A stretch of DNA of 28,327 nucleotides, from positions 1-28,327 of the forward strand of contig JBHJHA010000066.1 in assembly GCA_050331235.1 (NCBI GenBank), written 5' to 3'. Below, one piece after another: positions 8,931 through 19,113 of this stretch; positions within the stretch are counted from its first letter, which is position 1, and the number at the start of each line of letters is the position of its first letter. Under the pieces are notes generated by a model, which did not search any database, was not told where the DNA came from, and was given only the letters and a program-made list of their open reading frames with translations. The position numbers were made by a program, and so were the translations under genes. The stretch is from Leptolyngbyaceae cyanobacterium (lineage in GTDB: Bacteria; Cyanobacteriota; Cyanobacteriia; Phormidesmidales; Phormidesmidaceae).

Positions 8931-10412
8931 CTAGTTATTCGTTAGCGTCGCCAACCCCCGACGATAGATTGTCTGGGCATACTCTGTCCAAGCTCCCTGG
9001 CCCCAATAGCGGAAGCAGCTTGTTTCTAGCAACAGGGTATGCAGTAATGCTCGGTGATAGTTTGCAGCTCGCCGGTCAGGAAATCGGTCTTCGGCGATCG
9101 CCTGATGAAAGCGGGCGCTCAACTGCTCCATCGGCTGCATAACATTGCCATAGCCTTCCACCCAGCTACGATCGCTCGTCCAAGAAGAGCCTTCCATCTG
9201 AAATCCATCGTCTTCGGCTTGGATATCAGCGATCGCCGTTTGTACAGACCCTGCTGTCGGGCGATCGCCAACAGCCTGCCAGAGACGATGCTGCCCAACC
9301 GCTTGACAGCTTGGGAAATATTCCTTGGTAACGCCAGCCGCCGCGATTAGCTCCAAATACTCAGTGCCCAGACAGCCGACCGTACCGACACTGTCATCCC
9401 GCTGACGCATTTCGTGCCAGCAGCGCTTAAACATACCGGGAAACTCATTCATCATGACGCCTCCGTTTTCGCCATCGCTGATTTGTGTCACAAGCGGCGG
9501 TACAGAGTGGTTACCTAACGGCTGCGGGGAAAGCGTCTTGGCCTCCGCAAAGGGCTGCATTTGCCCCACCAGCTTGGTATCTGACCCCTGGGTTTTGATC
9601 AAAACGGTGATGTCCACCGTTTCTCCCTGAGAGTTTTTAGCTACCAAGCGATGGGGCAAGTGAGGCTGTTGAATGCCATGACCGGCTAGGGTTTCCACCG
9701 TATGCTCTTGGACTAACAGCCACTGGTAGCCGCAATCCTTCAGCGCCTTGACAAAGTTATAGAGGGTGTCAGGATGATTCGGCAAATGCATCTCAGGAGG
9801 AGAAAAGCCCCGTACCCGTGACAAGGCCTCCCACCCAAAGAGCGCCGCAAAGTGGTGCTGCCACGCGCGAATGTGCAGTTTGACATCAGGGATAGGAGTC
9901 GAAGGTGCTACAGCATGTCCCCAAAAGGTCCCTAGCCATTCGACATAGGGATAATACTGAGCCCCACAGGTAATGCGCCGCAGCTTATCTAAAATGTCAT
10001 GGCGCTGCATCTGCTGGAATCCCCACAGGAGCGTTCCAGAATAATCAAGCATGACCCGTGGATTGCAGCCCTGCTCCACCAGCTCTGGAATGAAGTCACC
10101 CATGCGGGCGTAACAGTAAGCAAATGGACCCGCATTATGGTTATCGCCATCGTAGGGATGCTCAAACATATGCTGGAGGTTACTAATAAGCTGCCCTTCA
10201 CCACCAGCGGGAATAGTTGGTTGATGCATGTGGAGGGCAATCGCAAACCCTGCTGTCATTTCAGACAAGCGCAAATTGGTCCGATCCCAATACAGAGGGG
10301 CTGCACCGGTAGTCGCTGCTTGGACTCGATCTTCCCAACCGGCCAGCGGCGGCATATCGTCGATGAGTTCCGGCAGACGACCCATGATGGAATCAGCAGC
10401 AGTGGCAACCAT
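8931..10412 (-). CDS. Glycoside hydrolase family 57 protein
   Basis: GH57 region-1 motif ALHMHQP, nucleophile-region GFSPPEMH and acid/base-region ISDGENGG. Confidence 0.88.
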   Translation of the reverse strand: MVATAADSIMGRLPELIDDMPPLAGWEDRVQAATTGAAPLYWDRTNLRLSEMTAGFAIALHMHQPTIPAGGEGQLISNLQHMFEHPYDGDNHNAGPFAYCYARMGDFIPELVEQGCNPRVMLDYSGTLLWGFQQMQRHDILDKLRRITCGAQYYPYVEWLGTFWGHAVAPSTPIPDVKLHIRAWQHHFAALFGWEALSRVRGFSPPEMHLPNHPDTLYNFVKALKDCGYQWLLVQEHTVETLAGHGIQQPHLPHRLVAKNSQGETVDITVLIKTQGSDTKLVGQMQPFAEAKTLSPQPLGNHSVPPLVTQISDGENGGVMMNEFPGMFKRCWHEMRQRDDSVGTVGCLGTEYLELIAAAGVTKEYFPSCQAVGQHRLWQAVGDRPTAGSVQTAIADIQAEDDGFQMEGSSWTSDRSWVEGYGNVMQPMEQLSARFHQAIAEDRFPDRRAANYHRALLHTLLLETSCFRYWGQGAWTEYAQTIYRRGLATLTNN

Positions 10413-10577
10413 GAAACCTCAAGCACATAAAGTCTTTTTCAGTGTCGCACCGTTCGCTCTAAGTTGAGTCGAGTTTATGCGTTTGATAAAAGAACTTTAA
10501 CAGTTGTGAAAGATTGTTCTGTATGGGTTTCGGCGGCACAGTGAGGTGAAAACAGACTTGTCTACAAAACCCATTGC

Positions 10578-11048
10578 TCACGGCTTTTCGATTACCTCTC
10601 CATCGAGACTGAAAGGCTCAAGTCGCAAGCTTGCCGCTTGGCGATCAAGTTCTTCACGACTCGGAGCTGCTAAAGGCTTTTCGCTAAATTTCACTTCATC
10701 ATTCTCGATATGTGCCAGATGCTTGTAGGTAATGTCGAGCGGATCATGCTGGGGGATTAGGTTTAGGTGAGCATGGCGCACCCCAAACCCATGCACCACC
10801 ATACCGACCTTGAGCGGCTGATAAACAACCATCATTTTGCGGCCAATATGCTGGGCGACCACCATAACGCGGGCAGCTAGGGTGTCCGGCAAATCGGTGA
10901 AGTGATCAATATGCACCTTGGGAATAACAATACAGGCCCCAGGATAAATCGGCTTCAACGGAATCAGGGCTAGGGTGCTGTCATCTTCGTATACGAGACT
11001 CGCAGGCGCACCGCCATGAATGATGTCGCAAAAAGGGCAAGGGGTCAT
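10578..11048 (-). CDS. HIT-family (histidine triad) nucleotide hydrolase with a variant triad
   Basis: N-terminal CPFCDII, LVYEDD, IPKVH and triad region VRHAHLNLIP. Confidence 0.88.
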   Translation of the reverse strand: MTPCPFCDIIHGGAPASLVYEDDSTLALIPLKPIYPGACIVIPKVHIDHFTDLPDTLAARVMVVAQHIGRKMMVVYQPLKVGMVVHGFGVRHAHLNLIPQHDPLDITYKHLAHIENDEVKFSEKPLAAPSREELDRQAASLRLEPFSLDGEVIEKP

Positions 11049-11155
11049 AGGCTCAACCGACGGAAATAAAAGTCAGCTTACTGATGCATTTGCCAGTCTG
11101 TCGGTATCCTACCGTTGCAACCCATGGGTCAAATCCTCACGCTTCTCAGCCATCA

Positions 11156-12433
11156 TTAACGCTCATTTGCGACGGCGGCCTGTTCGGACAACTGCTCATC
11201 TAGCCAAGGAGTCACCTCAGGAGGGTGCAGCAACCAAGTGCGCTCGTGGGTGTGGGTCAAAGGCTCTACCAGCGGCGATAGATGATTAATATCGACCGGC
11301 CGGCCATCGACCCAGATTTTGATGCCCTGCTGATATAAGGTGTAGCCCCGATTGCGGCTTTGGGACAGACCGCAATAAATGCTAGGGTCATAGCCCAGCT
11401 GCAACACTTTGTTTTGCGTTTTTCTCAATAGGTCAGCGCGATCGCCCTCACAAAACCCAGAGACATCGCGGCTCTTAAATAAATTACGGTGGATGAAGCG
11501 CTGACAGAGATCGGCTAAGCAATCATCATCGTGGTGCTGCCACCGCTGCAAGTGATAGGTAAAGACAATATCGTCCGCCGCCAGATAATCTTGCAGCGTG
11601 AGCCCCGGATGCGGATGCTGCAGCCAGGCCATCACAGTGCTGTCGGCTTCTAGGCAACCGCGTTCAAAGCAATCCTTAGCACGATAAAAGACTTGACCAA
11701 GAATCCATGTCGCCACCAAATTTTTAGGATGGTTGTAGACCTGGGCGTACATAAAGTACCGCACCAATAAGTAATGCTCTACGGCCGTCTGCCCCTTGTG
11801 CAAGACGACCAAATTACCATCGGTGTTCATATCCATTGATCGCACAATGCGATCAAGATCAAGATGACCATAAGACGCTCCAGTGAAGTAACAGTCCCGC
11901 ATCAGATAGTCAAGGCGATCGCAATCAAGCTGACTCGACACTAATTGCCAAATGATAGGCACAGGATGCTGATGGGTATAAACCGACTCAATCGCTGCTG
12001 TCAGGGTTGGGTCAAAGTTTGCTAACAACCGCTGAATCGAGGGCGACTCCCGAATAATTCGTCGGGTCCAAGCTTCATGGTGGGTCTTAAAGATCTCCTC
12101 TGCCGTATGGCTAAACGGACCATGGCCGATGTCATGGAGCAACGCCGCGCAAAGCACCGTCGCTCGATGAGGCCGGAGCTCTGGATAGCGGAGCGTCAAC
12201 AAGTCAAACGCCTTGCGCGTGAGTGCCATCACCCCCAAAGCATGGGTAAAGCGGGAACTCTCTGCCCCATGAAACGTGAGACTTGCAGCCCCCAATTGCC
12301 GCACTCGCCGCAGCCGCTGAAAGGGAGGAGTATCAATCAGATGAATTAGCAACTGCTCAACCGGCTCATGGCGATCAAGGGTGATCGCACCATGGAGCGG
12401 GTCGTGATAAGTGCGGCTTGGTTTAGGGTGCAC
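11156..12433 (-). CDS. HD-domain phosphohydrolase (SAMHD1/dNTP triphosphohydrolase-like family)
   Basis: Motifs DPLHG, FQRLRRVRQLG, RFTHALGV, LLHDIGHGPFSH and LDCDRLDYLMRD. The GTG start overlaps the end of ctpA by 11 nt. Confidence 0.9.
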   Translation of the reverse strand: MHPKPSRTYHDPLHGAITLDRHEPVEQLLIHLIDTPPFQRLRRVRQLGAASLTFHGAESSRFTHALGVMALTRKAFDLLTLRYPELRPHRATVLCAALLHDIGHGPFSHTAEEIFKTHHEAWTRRIIRESPSIQRLLANFDPTLTAAIESVYTHQHPVPIIWQLVSSQLDCDRLDYLMRDCYFTGASYGHLDLDRIVRSMDMNTDGNLVVLHKGQTAVEHYLLVRYFMYAQVYNHPKNLVATWILGQVFYRAKDCFERGCLEADSTVMAWLQHPHPGLTLQDYLAADDIVFTYHLQRWQHHDDDCLADLCQRFIHRNLFKSRDVSGFCEGDRADLLRKTQNKVLQLGYDPSIYCGLSQSRNRGYTLYQQGIKIWVDGRPVDINHLSPLVEPLTHTHERTWLLHPPEVTPWLDEQLSEQAAVANER

Positions 12434-13658
12434 TCGCCATCACCATTGATTGACGTAATATCTCAATCGCGGCTTGATATTGGGTATCATCAGCCGTGCC
12501 GATCTGGTCACGGGTAATTGCTTCCAGCGATACCCGGCGATCCGGGCGGATTCCCTTGCGGTTGATATCGTGATTTGCGGGCGTTTTGTATTTCGCCACT
12601 GTCACCACTAATCCTGAGCCATCAGATAAATCAAATAAAGACTGAATCAAACCTTTCCCAAAAGTAGTATTTCCCACTAGCTGGGCACGACGATTATCCT
12701 GCAGGGCCCCTGCCAAGATTTCACTGGCACTTGCAGTGCCTTCATTAACCAGCACAATTAGGGGGGCATCGGTCAAGGCTGTACCGTCCGCTTCAAAGTT
12801 GTCGAGCACTCCCCGACGATCGTAGGTATAGACGATAACGCCCTGATCAAGCCACAGCCGCGAAATTTCAATCCCTGCACTCAATAAACCGCCAGGATTA
12901 TTCCGCAAATCAAGAATGTACGCGTTTGCCCCTTGTCGCTCATAGTCCTGCAGGGTGGCCGCCACTTCACTCGCCGCATTCGCGTTGAATTGAGTTAGGC
13001 GAATATATCCCACTGTCAAATCATCCCCGACCCGATTGAGCTCGGTCACCACAGGGTTCAAACTGATCACGTCGCGAGTCAAGGTAAAGTCCCGAGGCGC
13101 ATTCTCCCCACGCACAATTGTAAGCTTCACGGTGGTGCCGATAGGGCCTCGCATATAGCTAGCCGCTTCATCTAGAGTCAAGCTGTCAGTGGCGTGGTCA
13201 TCGATCGCTAAAATGAGATCGCGAGGCTGCAAATCTGCGGCCGCTGCCGGAGAGCCCTCTACCGGCGCAATAATCTGCAGTACATTTTCGCGCTCATCCT
13301 TCGCAATCTGCAGCCCAACGCCTGTGAGCTCGCCAGCCGTACTCGTTTGCAAACTACGATATTGCTCAGGTGGTAAGAGCCGAGTATAGGGGTCATCCAA
13401 TGAACCCAGCATTTCTCGGATAGCATCGTAGGCTTCACCTCGGTTGGCATAGTCGCGTTTGAGATATCGCTCGCGGACATACCACCAATTTTGGCGATTG
13501 AATGTCTCGTCCAAGTAGGCTCGGTTCACTAAGCGCCATACCTCAGCCACCAGACTTTGGTCTTCGCTGAGCGCCAGCACCGCCGGCTGATAGAGGCCTA
13601 AACTCAAAGCGACCACCAGCACCCCAACCGTCATCAATCTATAAAGCGTGTATCTCAT
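12423..13658 (-). CDS. ctpA: Carboxyl-terminal processing protease (S41A), D1-processing CtpA type
   Basis: Signal peptide, LDDPYTR, PDZ (GVGLQI), LDLRNNPGG, catalytic TASASEI and TFGKG motifs. It is divergent from petB, a familiar cyanobacterial arrangement. The likely start is ATG 13658. Confidence 0.9.
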   Translation of the reverse strand: MRYTLYRLMTVGVLVVALSLGLYQPAVLALSEDQSLVAEVWRLVNRAYLDETFNRQNWWYVRERYLKRDYANRGEAYDAIREMLGSLDDPYTRLLPPEQYRSLQTSTAGELTGVGLQIAKDERENVLQIIAPVEGSPAAAADLQPRDLILAIDDHATDSLTLDEAASYMRGPIGTTVKLTIVRGENAPRDFTLTRDVISLNPVVTELNRVGDDLTVGYIRLTQFNANAASEVAATLQDYERQGANAYILDLRNNPGGLLSAGIEISRLWLDQGVIVYTYDRRGVLDNFEADGTALTDAPLIVLVNEGTASASEILAGALQDNRRAQLVGNTTFGKGLIQSLFDLSDGSGLVVTVAKYKTPANHDINRKGIRPDRRVSLEAITRDQIGTADDTQYQAAIEILRQSMVMASAP

Positions 13659-13952
13659 AGCAGATAATCTCTTCACACTCAATTGTAGAGGGCACCGCTG
13701 AAACTCATTCATGATCCATAGATGAATTCCAATGGAAGACCGAGATTAAGCAACCAGCTCTGTAACAATACGTGAAGGGGCAAAGGAGCTTTATTGCTTT
13801 CTTTACATTACCTAGAAACATCCACAGGTCTGTCATCACAGCCATTCTGGCAGTTATTTTCATGGCGGGCGTCAGGAAATGTCTCTGAACGAAGTTTTAA
13901 CTATGTTAAATTTCTAAGGAATGCATTGCTTAGATTAATAACCTCCCGCTTC

Positions 13953-14621
13953 ATGTTTACCAAGCAAGTTACCGATTCAAAAGCCTATCAGTGGTTTAAC
14001 GAACGGCTGGAAGTGCAGGCGATTGCCGATGACATTTCCAGCAAGTACGTTCCGCCCCATGTCAATATCTTTTATTGCCTCGGCGGCATTACCCTGACTT
14101 GTTTCATCATTCAGTTCGCAACTGGCTTTGCAATGACCTTTTATTACAAGCCAACTGTGACTGAAGCGTTTGCATCAGTTCAATATTTAATGACCGATGT
14201 CAACTTTGGCTGGCTAATTCGCTCTATCCACCGCTGGTCTGCCAGCATGATGGTGCTGATGATGATTCTGCACGTCTTCCGCGTTTACCTTACCGGCGGC
14301 TTTAAAAAGCCCCGTGAGTTGACATGGGTGACCGGTGTTGTACTCGCAGTGATCACCGTTACCTTTGGTGTCACAGGTTACTCTCTCCCTTGGGATCAGG
14401 TTGGCTATTGGGCTGTCAAGATTGTATCTGGCGTACCAGGGGCTATTCCTGTCGTTGGCTCTACCATTGTCGAGCTAATGCGAGGCGGTGAAGCAGTTGG
14501 TCAAGCTACTTTGACCCGCTTTTACAGCCTTCACACTTTCGTCCTACCTTGGGCGATCGCAGTTTTTATGCTGCTGCACTTCCTGATGATCCGGAAGCAG
14601 GGTATTTCCGGTCCTCTTTAA
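13953..14621 (+). CDS. petB: Cytochrome b6
   Basis: 222 aa from ATG 13953 ([10 protein letters not shown]), with [25 protein letters not shown] and C-terminal RKQGISGPL. Confidence 0.99.
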   Translation: MFTKQVTDSKAYQWFNERLEVQAIADDISSKYVPPHVNIFYCLGGITLTCFIIQFATGFAMTFYYKPTVTEAFASVQYLMTDVNFGWLIRSIHRWSASMMVLMMILHVFRVYLTGGFKKPRELTWVTGVVLAVITVTFGVTGYSLPWDQVGYWAVKIVSGVPGAIPVVGSTIVELMRGGEAVGQATLTRFYSLHTFVLPWAIAVFMLLHFLMIRKQGISGPL

Positions 14622-14644
14622 GGGCAGGTCTCTGTTTATAATCG

Positions 14645-14675
14645 CGTCAAAGAAAGCAGATTGCGATCTTTGACG
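14645..14675 (+). promoter_or_regulatory. petB-petD intergenic stem-loop (possible mRNA processing/stability element)
   Basis: CGTCAAAGA (14645-14653) pairs with TCTTTGACG (14667-14675) around an inner GCA-GAT-TGC hairpin. Confidence 0.45.
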
Positions 14676-14714
14676 TTCTCTGAAATGTAAGTCTCAAAGA
14701 CGGTTGACGCACTT

Positions 14715-15197
14715 ATGGCTACCATTAAAAAACCTGATCTTAGCGATCCTAAGCTGAGAGAGATGCTCAAGCAGGGCATGGGTCACAACTACTATGGCGA
14801 ACCTGCCTGGCCTAATGATTTGCTCTACATTTTTCCCGTCGTCATTTTGGGCACGATTGCATGCTGCGTTGGCTTGGCAATTTTAGATCCAGCGATGGTG
14901 GGTGAGCCGGCAAATCCCTTTGCCACGCCTTTAGAAATTTTGCCTGAGTGGTACCTGTACCCAACTTTCCAAATTCTTCGGATTGTCCCCAACAAGCTGC
15001 TGGGGATTGCTGGTATGACAGCTATTCCCTTGGGTCTGATGTTGGTGCCCTTTGTTGAGAGTGTCAATAAGTTCCAAAATCCTTTCCGCCGTCCCGTTGC
15101 GACTACTGTATTTTTGTTCGGCACTGTCGTAACTCTATGGTTAGGGATTGGAGCAACTTTCCCGATTGATGAGTCTTTGACCTTAGGCCTTTTCTAG
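14715..15197 (+). CDS. petD: Cytochrome b6f complex subunit IV
   Basis: 160 aa with [16 protein letters not shown], the PEWY motif and [10 protein letters not shown]. Confidence 0.99.
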   Translation: MATIKKPDLSDPKLREMLKQGMGHNYYGEPAWPNDLLYIFPVVILGTIACCVGLAILDPAMVGEPANPFATPLEILPEWYLYPTFQILRIVPNKLLGIAGMTAIPLGLMLVPFVESVNKFQNPFRRPVATTVFLFGTVVTLWLGIGATFPIDESLTLGLF

Positions 15198-15213
15198 GCT
15201 TAATCAAGGTTCG

Positions 15214-15251
15214 AAAAGAGTCGTCTGTGGCCTCTGCCCAGGCGACTTTTT
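15214..15251 (+). terminator. Intrinsic terminator of petBD
   Basis: Stem AGTCGTCTG / CAGGCGACT (one G-U pair) runs into a T-tract 17-54 nt after the petD stop. Confidence 0.75.
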
Positions 15252-15428
15252 AATGCTGAGGGGTGGAATCTATAACAGTTTGAACCAGCTAGCGATCGCC
15301 GGCTTGCCAGGCAGAAATTTTGTTTGCAGGCTTTGGGGCAGGTATCCATATATTCATGCACCTAGGTCCACGGTAAGTTGATTACATGCATCTACTGGCT
15401 TGTTATTTTGTGAGCTGTGTAGAGTCTC

Positions 15429-15863
15429 ATGTGCAGACATGAAAACGTAATTGTCGACAGTCAGTTAGAAACTCTGTCAAAAGTACAGGCTTGGTTTGAT
15501 CGGCTCTATTGCTCTTTAGAGCCTGAGCTAGGTTGGGTCAAAAGTAGCTGCGATCGCCTCAACATCGCAATTGCCGAAGGCTTTACCAACGCCGTGCGGC
15601 ACGCCCATTCTCATTTACCGGCAGAGACCCCAATCGAGATCGAAGTGGACCTTGAATATGGCCAGATCAGCATTCGCATTTGGGATCAAGGTCCTCCGTT
15701 CGATCCAACCCAATTAAAAGAGCCTGAACCCGGCAGTCTATTAACTGATGGTGGCTATGGTTGGTTTTTGCTCCGACGAGCAGTTGATCATGTCAAATAT
15801 CAGCGGCTAGGTAGTCAAAACTGTCTGACTATTACTCACTATCGCCATTCACAGATAGCTTAA
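15429..15863 (+). CDS. RsbW/anti-sigma-type ATP-binding protein (HATPase_c_2 Ser/Thr kinase)
   Basis: Motifs AIAEGFTNAVRHAH, IWDQGPPFDP and GGYGWFLL in a 144-aa stand-alone domain. Confidence 0.88.
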   Translation: MCRHENVIVDSQLETLSKVQAWFDRLYCSLEPELGWVKSSCDRLNIAIAEGFTNAVRHAHSHLPAETPIEIEVDLEYGQISIRIWDQGPPFDPTQLKEPEPGSLLTDGGYGWFLLRRAVDHVKYQRLGSQNCLTITHYRHSQIA

Positions 15864-15906
15864 TTTGGAATTTTATATCTTAGTGGGCAACGTTGATAAA
15901 TGCAAT

Positions 15907-16852
15907 AGACCTCTTGCAAATTAGCGCAAGCAGTTCGTAGCAAAATGAGAAAACATCAGGATAGGTCAATAACTTCAGATACCTGATGATGGATTACACC
16001 ATAGCGCAAAGCCTATCCCATAAGCACTTCAAGCGTCGCTTCGGGGTCACCCGAAGGGTCTTCAAGCACATGCTGGCAACCCTGACCCCAGCATGGCGAC
16101 CAGTGCCGATGCCGGGAGCGCGCCCGAAATTGGACCTCGCGGAACGGGTGTTAGTGACCTTGGAATATTGGCGAGAGTATCGCACCTACTTCCACGTTGC
16201 CACCAGTTGGGGCGTGAGCGAGTCCACAGTCTGTTGTATCGTCCATTGGCTCGAAGCCACCTTGATATGCTCTCAGCGGTTTCATTTACCCGGCAAGAAA
16301 GCCCTCCTGCGAGGCTTTGGCCGCCCGGATGTGGTGGTGATGGATGTGACGGAAACGCTGATTGAACGTCCCAAACGGCAACAACGGCGATTTTACTCGG
16401 GCAAAAAGAAGCGCCATACGCTCAAATGCCAGCTCATCATTGAGCGTGCAACCAGAGCAATTATCTGTACGTTCTTTGGCACCGGTCGTCAACACGGTTT
16501 CAAGGTCTTTCAAGCCTCTGGGATTCACTTCCATGCAGATACCAAAAGCCTCCAAGATAAGGGCTATCAAGGGATTCAGAAACTTCATCACCAGAGTGAG
16601 TTGCCAATTAAGAAACCCTAGGGGGGCCAGTTGACACAGGCGGATAAAGCCTACAATCAGGCGTTGGCCCGTGAGCGTATCGGCATTGAGCATGTGAATC
16701 GGCGCTTGAAGACCTTCAGGCTCTTGGCCGGTTGCTACCGGAATCGGCGCCGTCGCTATGGCTTGCGCTGCAATCTCATTGCCGCTATCTACAACTTGGA
16801 ATATGCTCGGGCAGCTTGATCGACGAGTCTACAATTAATCTGCAAGAGGTCT
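15907..16852 (+). mobile_element. IS5-family insertion sequence (ISL2-like group), about 946 bp
   Basis: Terminal inverted repeats AGACCTCTTGCAAATTA (15907-15923) and TAATCTGCAAGAGGTCT (16836-16852) match at 16/17. There is a 3-bp direct repeat AAT at 15904-15906 and 16853-16855. It encloses a DDE transposase, and no HIP1 site was seen inside. Confidence 0.93.
15986..16819 (+). pseudogene. IS5-family transposase interrupted by an in-frame TAG
   Basis: HTH region LEYWREYRTY, YSGKKKRHTLK and DDE motifs MDVTE / QDKGYQG / RIGIEHVN all lie in one frame. TAG at 16619-16621 separates the catalytic Glu from the rest. Confidence 0.88.
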
Positions 16853-17051
16853 AATATTGCCAAATTTTTTCGGTCATTTGCCCTCTTGCTAAGCGTTGTC
16901 AGAACCGGATGGGTATTCTAGTAAATGAATATCAAGTTTGTCAGCGATAGCCCAAAAAGTGCAGTCTTCTTCAACGGTTGGGCTTTTCAGTCCCTTACTT
17001 GACGCCTCGTTTACCACTGTAGAATCGGTCAACTCATCAACTTCAACAAAG

Positions 17052-18179
17052 ATGGTCGCTAAAAGTGATGCAAGAATTGGGTTTGTTTTCCTACAAGTCT
17101 TTTCTTTTGAAGGGGGTATTCAGTCTTATTTAAAGGATGTACTTACAGCTTACCTGAATGAGCCGACGGCTCCACCCGCTGATGTGTTCCTACTTCGAGA
17201 CCATGGCGAGTGTACAAATCCGTTGGCCGGCGACAAAATTCAGTTTCACTACCTCGACCATCCGAACCCAGCGCTGGGACGGCTCAATCTAGCATTTCAA
17301 CTCATCAGGCACCTAGCCCGCTATCCTTATCAACACTTCATTTGTGGCCATGTCCGTTTGTTGCCTCTAGTGAGCCCGCTGTGTGAGTTTTTTGGCGTTC
17401 CTTACACTGCCATTATTTATGGCAAAGAAGTTTGGCAAACGACACCTGCCTTACAGCGACGCGCGTTGCAACAAGCCGACAGGATTTGGGGTAACAGCCG
17501 CTACAGTCGGGATTTAGCTTGCGCCGCCAACGATTTAGATCCCCAAAAATTTTCCATGCTGCCATGTGTAGTCGATGGCGAAACTTTTACACCCGGCCCT
17601 CCTAATCCCGAGTTGATTGAGCAGTACGGGCTCAAAAATTGTCGAGTGCTTATGACCGTAGCTCGCCTGTGGTCGGGTGATATCTATAAGGGAGTTGATG
17701 TCACTATCCGCGCTTTGCCCAAAATTTTGAGAGCCTTTCCTGATGTCAAGTATTTAGTCGTGGGTCGTGGGGATGATCAGCCTCGCTTGGCCAAGCTGGC
17801 CCAAGATTTAGGTGTCGCCGATCGAGTTGTCTTTGCCGGATTTATCCCTGATCAACGGCTGGTAGAACACTACAGATTGGCAGATGCCTATGTGATGCCC
17901 TCTAAGGAAGGCTTTGGCATTGTTTATTTAGAGGCAATGGCTTGTGGTGTCCCGACCCTATCAGGTGATGATGATGGATCTGCAGATCCACTACAGGATG
18001 GCAAAGTTGGGTGGCGAGTGCCCTATCGAGACCCCGTCGCAGTCGCCCAAGCCTGTATTGAAATCTTGCAGGGGGAAGATCAGCGGTGTGATAGCGAGTG
18101 GCTTAGGCAACAAACACTGGAGCATTTCAGCCCACAAAGCCTACAATGCACTCTGAGCAAGGCTGTTAAAGCTTTATAA
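17052..18179 (+). CDS. Glycosyltransferase family 4 (GT-B)
   Basis: Motifs EGGIQ, MTVARL...YKGVD and EGFGIVYLEAMACG (E-X7-E). The likely start is ATG 17052, although the ORF extends to 16938. Confidence 0.92.
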   Translation: MVAKSDARIGFVFLQVFSFEGGIQSYLKDVLTAYLNEPTAPPADVFLLRDHGECTNPLAGDKIQFHYLDHPNPALGRLNLAFQLIRHLARYPYQHFICGHVRLLPLVSPLCEFFGVPYTAIIYGKEVWQTTPALQRRALQQADRIWGNSRYSRDLACAANDLDPQKFSMLPCVVDGETFTPGPPNPELIEQYGLKNCRVLMTVARLWSGDIYKGVDVTIRALPKILRAFPDVKYLVVGRGDDQPRLAKLAQDLGVADRVVFAGFIPDQRLVEHYRLADAYVMPSKEGFGIVYLEAMACGVPTLSGDDDGSADPLQDGKVGWRVPYRDPVAVAQACIEILQGEDQRCDSEWLRQQTLEHFSPQSLQCTLSKAVKAL

Positions 18180-18212
18180 CAAGAACATCGGAAATTGGCA
18201 TCAACTGCCATA

Positions 18213-18251
18213 GGAGCTTTTGCCAGAGCTCAACCCTCTGACAAAAGCTCT
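18213..18251. terminator. Stem-loop between convergent GT4 and DUF3386 genes (probable terminator)
   Basis: GAGCTTTTG (18214-18222) pairs with CAAAAGCTC (18242-18250), and CAGAG pairs with CTCTG around a 7-nt loop. Confidence 0.6.
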
Positions 18252-18264
18252 TATGCATTAAAGA

Positions 18265-18912
18265 TTAAGCATCCAGGAGTTGGATGTTGGTGAAGCGGAA
18301 GATTTGCGCTTCTGTCCGACCATTGACTTCGGTAGTGATTTTACGCTCGGTCAAGATTACATAGTCGCCTACTTTTTCATAACTATCTTCAAATACGCTA
18401 CGGCCGCCCTTTTGTTCACCCGTTTTGGGATCGTGATACACCGAGTCATACTTGTGAGATAAGTAGCCTTGGCCAGTGTCATGACTGCTGAAGGTGTGGA
18501 TGGTAACCACCGTGCCATGAATGTGGCGATGCACCATACTGACTTCGTTATCGCGGACCTGGTAGCGATCGCCCTCAGCTTTGCCCCCCATTAAAATTTC
18601 GACGGAGCCGTCTTCTAAGGTATTGCCATAGGAAAACGTATTGTTGCCGTGGGTGTCTTCAAAGGAGCGGCGGATCCGATGGATGGCTATCTCCCAAAGC
18701 TGACCGTGAATTGCCTTCTGCACAGCTTCGTCCTCTATGCCAAAAACTTCTGCCTTAAGCTCTGCACTGACCTTCGCTTTGGCAGTCACTTCTGTCTCCC
18801 CTGAGATGTAGGTGACATCGGCGGTATAGCCAGGAAAATTTTGATCCCAGGTATAGCGGTTTTCATAGGCTGCCCGAAAAAACTCGCGGGCTGAAACTTG
18901 TGTGCCGACCAT
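18265..18912 (-). CDS. DUF3386-family protein
   Basis: N-terminal signature FRAAYENRYTWDQNFPGY, with AGGAG upstream of the ATG. Confidence 0.85.
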   Translation of the reverse strand: MVGTQVSAREFFRAAYENRYTWDQNFPGYTADVTYISGETEVTAKAKVSAELKAEVFGIEDEAVQKAIHGQLWEIAIHRIRRSFEDTHGNNTFSYGNTLEDGSVEILMGGKAEGDRYQVRDNEVSMVHRHIHGTVVTIHTFSSHDTGQGYLSHKYDSVYHDPKTGEQKGGRSVFEDSYEKVGDYVILTERKITTEVNGRTEAQIFRFTNIQLLDA

Positions 18913-19113
18913 GCTGACTCCTTAACTTCGTCTACTGAGTGAAATGAGGTCTCTTAGCATGGTAACGCCCAGCCCAGGCAAGTTGTGAGTCGTCCACCGT
19001 TTTCCCACGGGAGATAAGCGACGCGATCTGTCTATAGTCCCCTTGCCTGACTAGAGCCTTCCTGATTGAATAAGAGCAACTCAAAATAAACTTTTGTGAA
19101 ACAAGGGTTTCTT

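Noticed and set aside
11156..12433. HD protein as an anti-phage dNTP-depletion defence gene
   Set aside because: It sits among housekeeping genes and carries HIP1 sites, with no defence-island context.
13794..13952. N-terminal extensions of petB and other ORF-track entries (584, 1436, 13712, 16938, 19096, 27380)
   Set aside because: These are artefacts of taking the first possible start. Family-typical N-termini or RBS positions point to downstream ATGs.
15374..15386. NtcA-like site GTA...TAC upstream of the RsbW-like gene
   Set aside because: The spacer is 7 nt, not 8.
16619..16621. Programmed read-through or frameshift at the transposase TAG
   Set aside because: The downstream part is in the same frame, so no frameshift is needed, and I see no recoding signal. 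A single-base nonsense change (AAG or CAG to TAG) is simpler.
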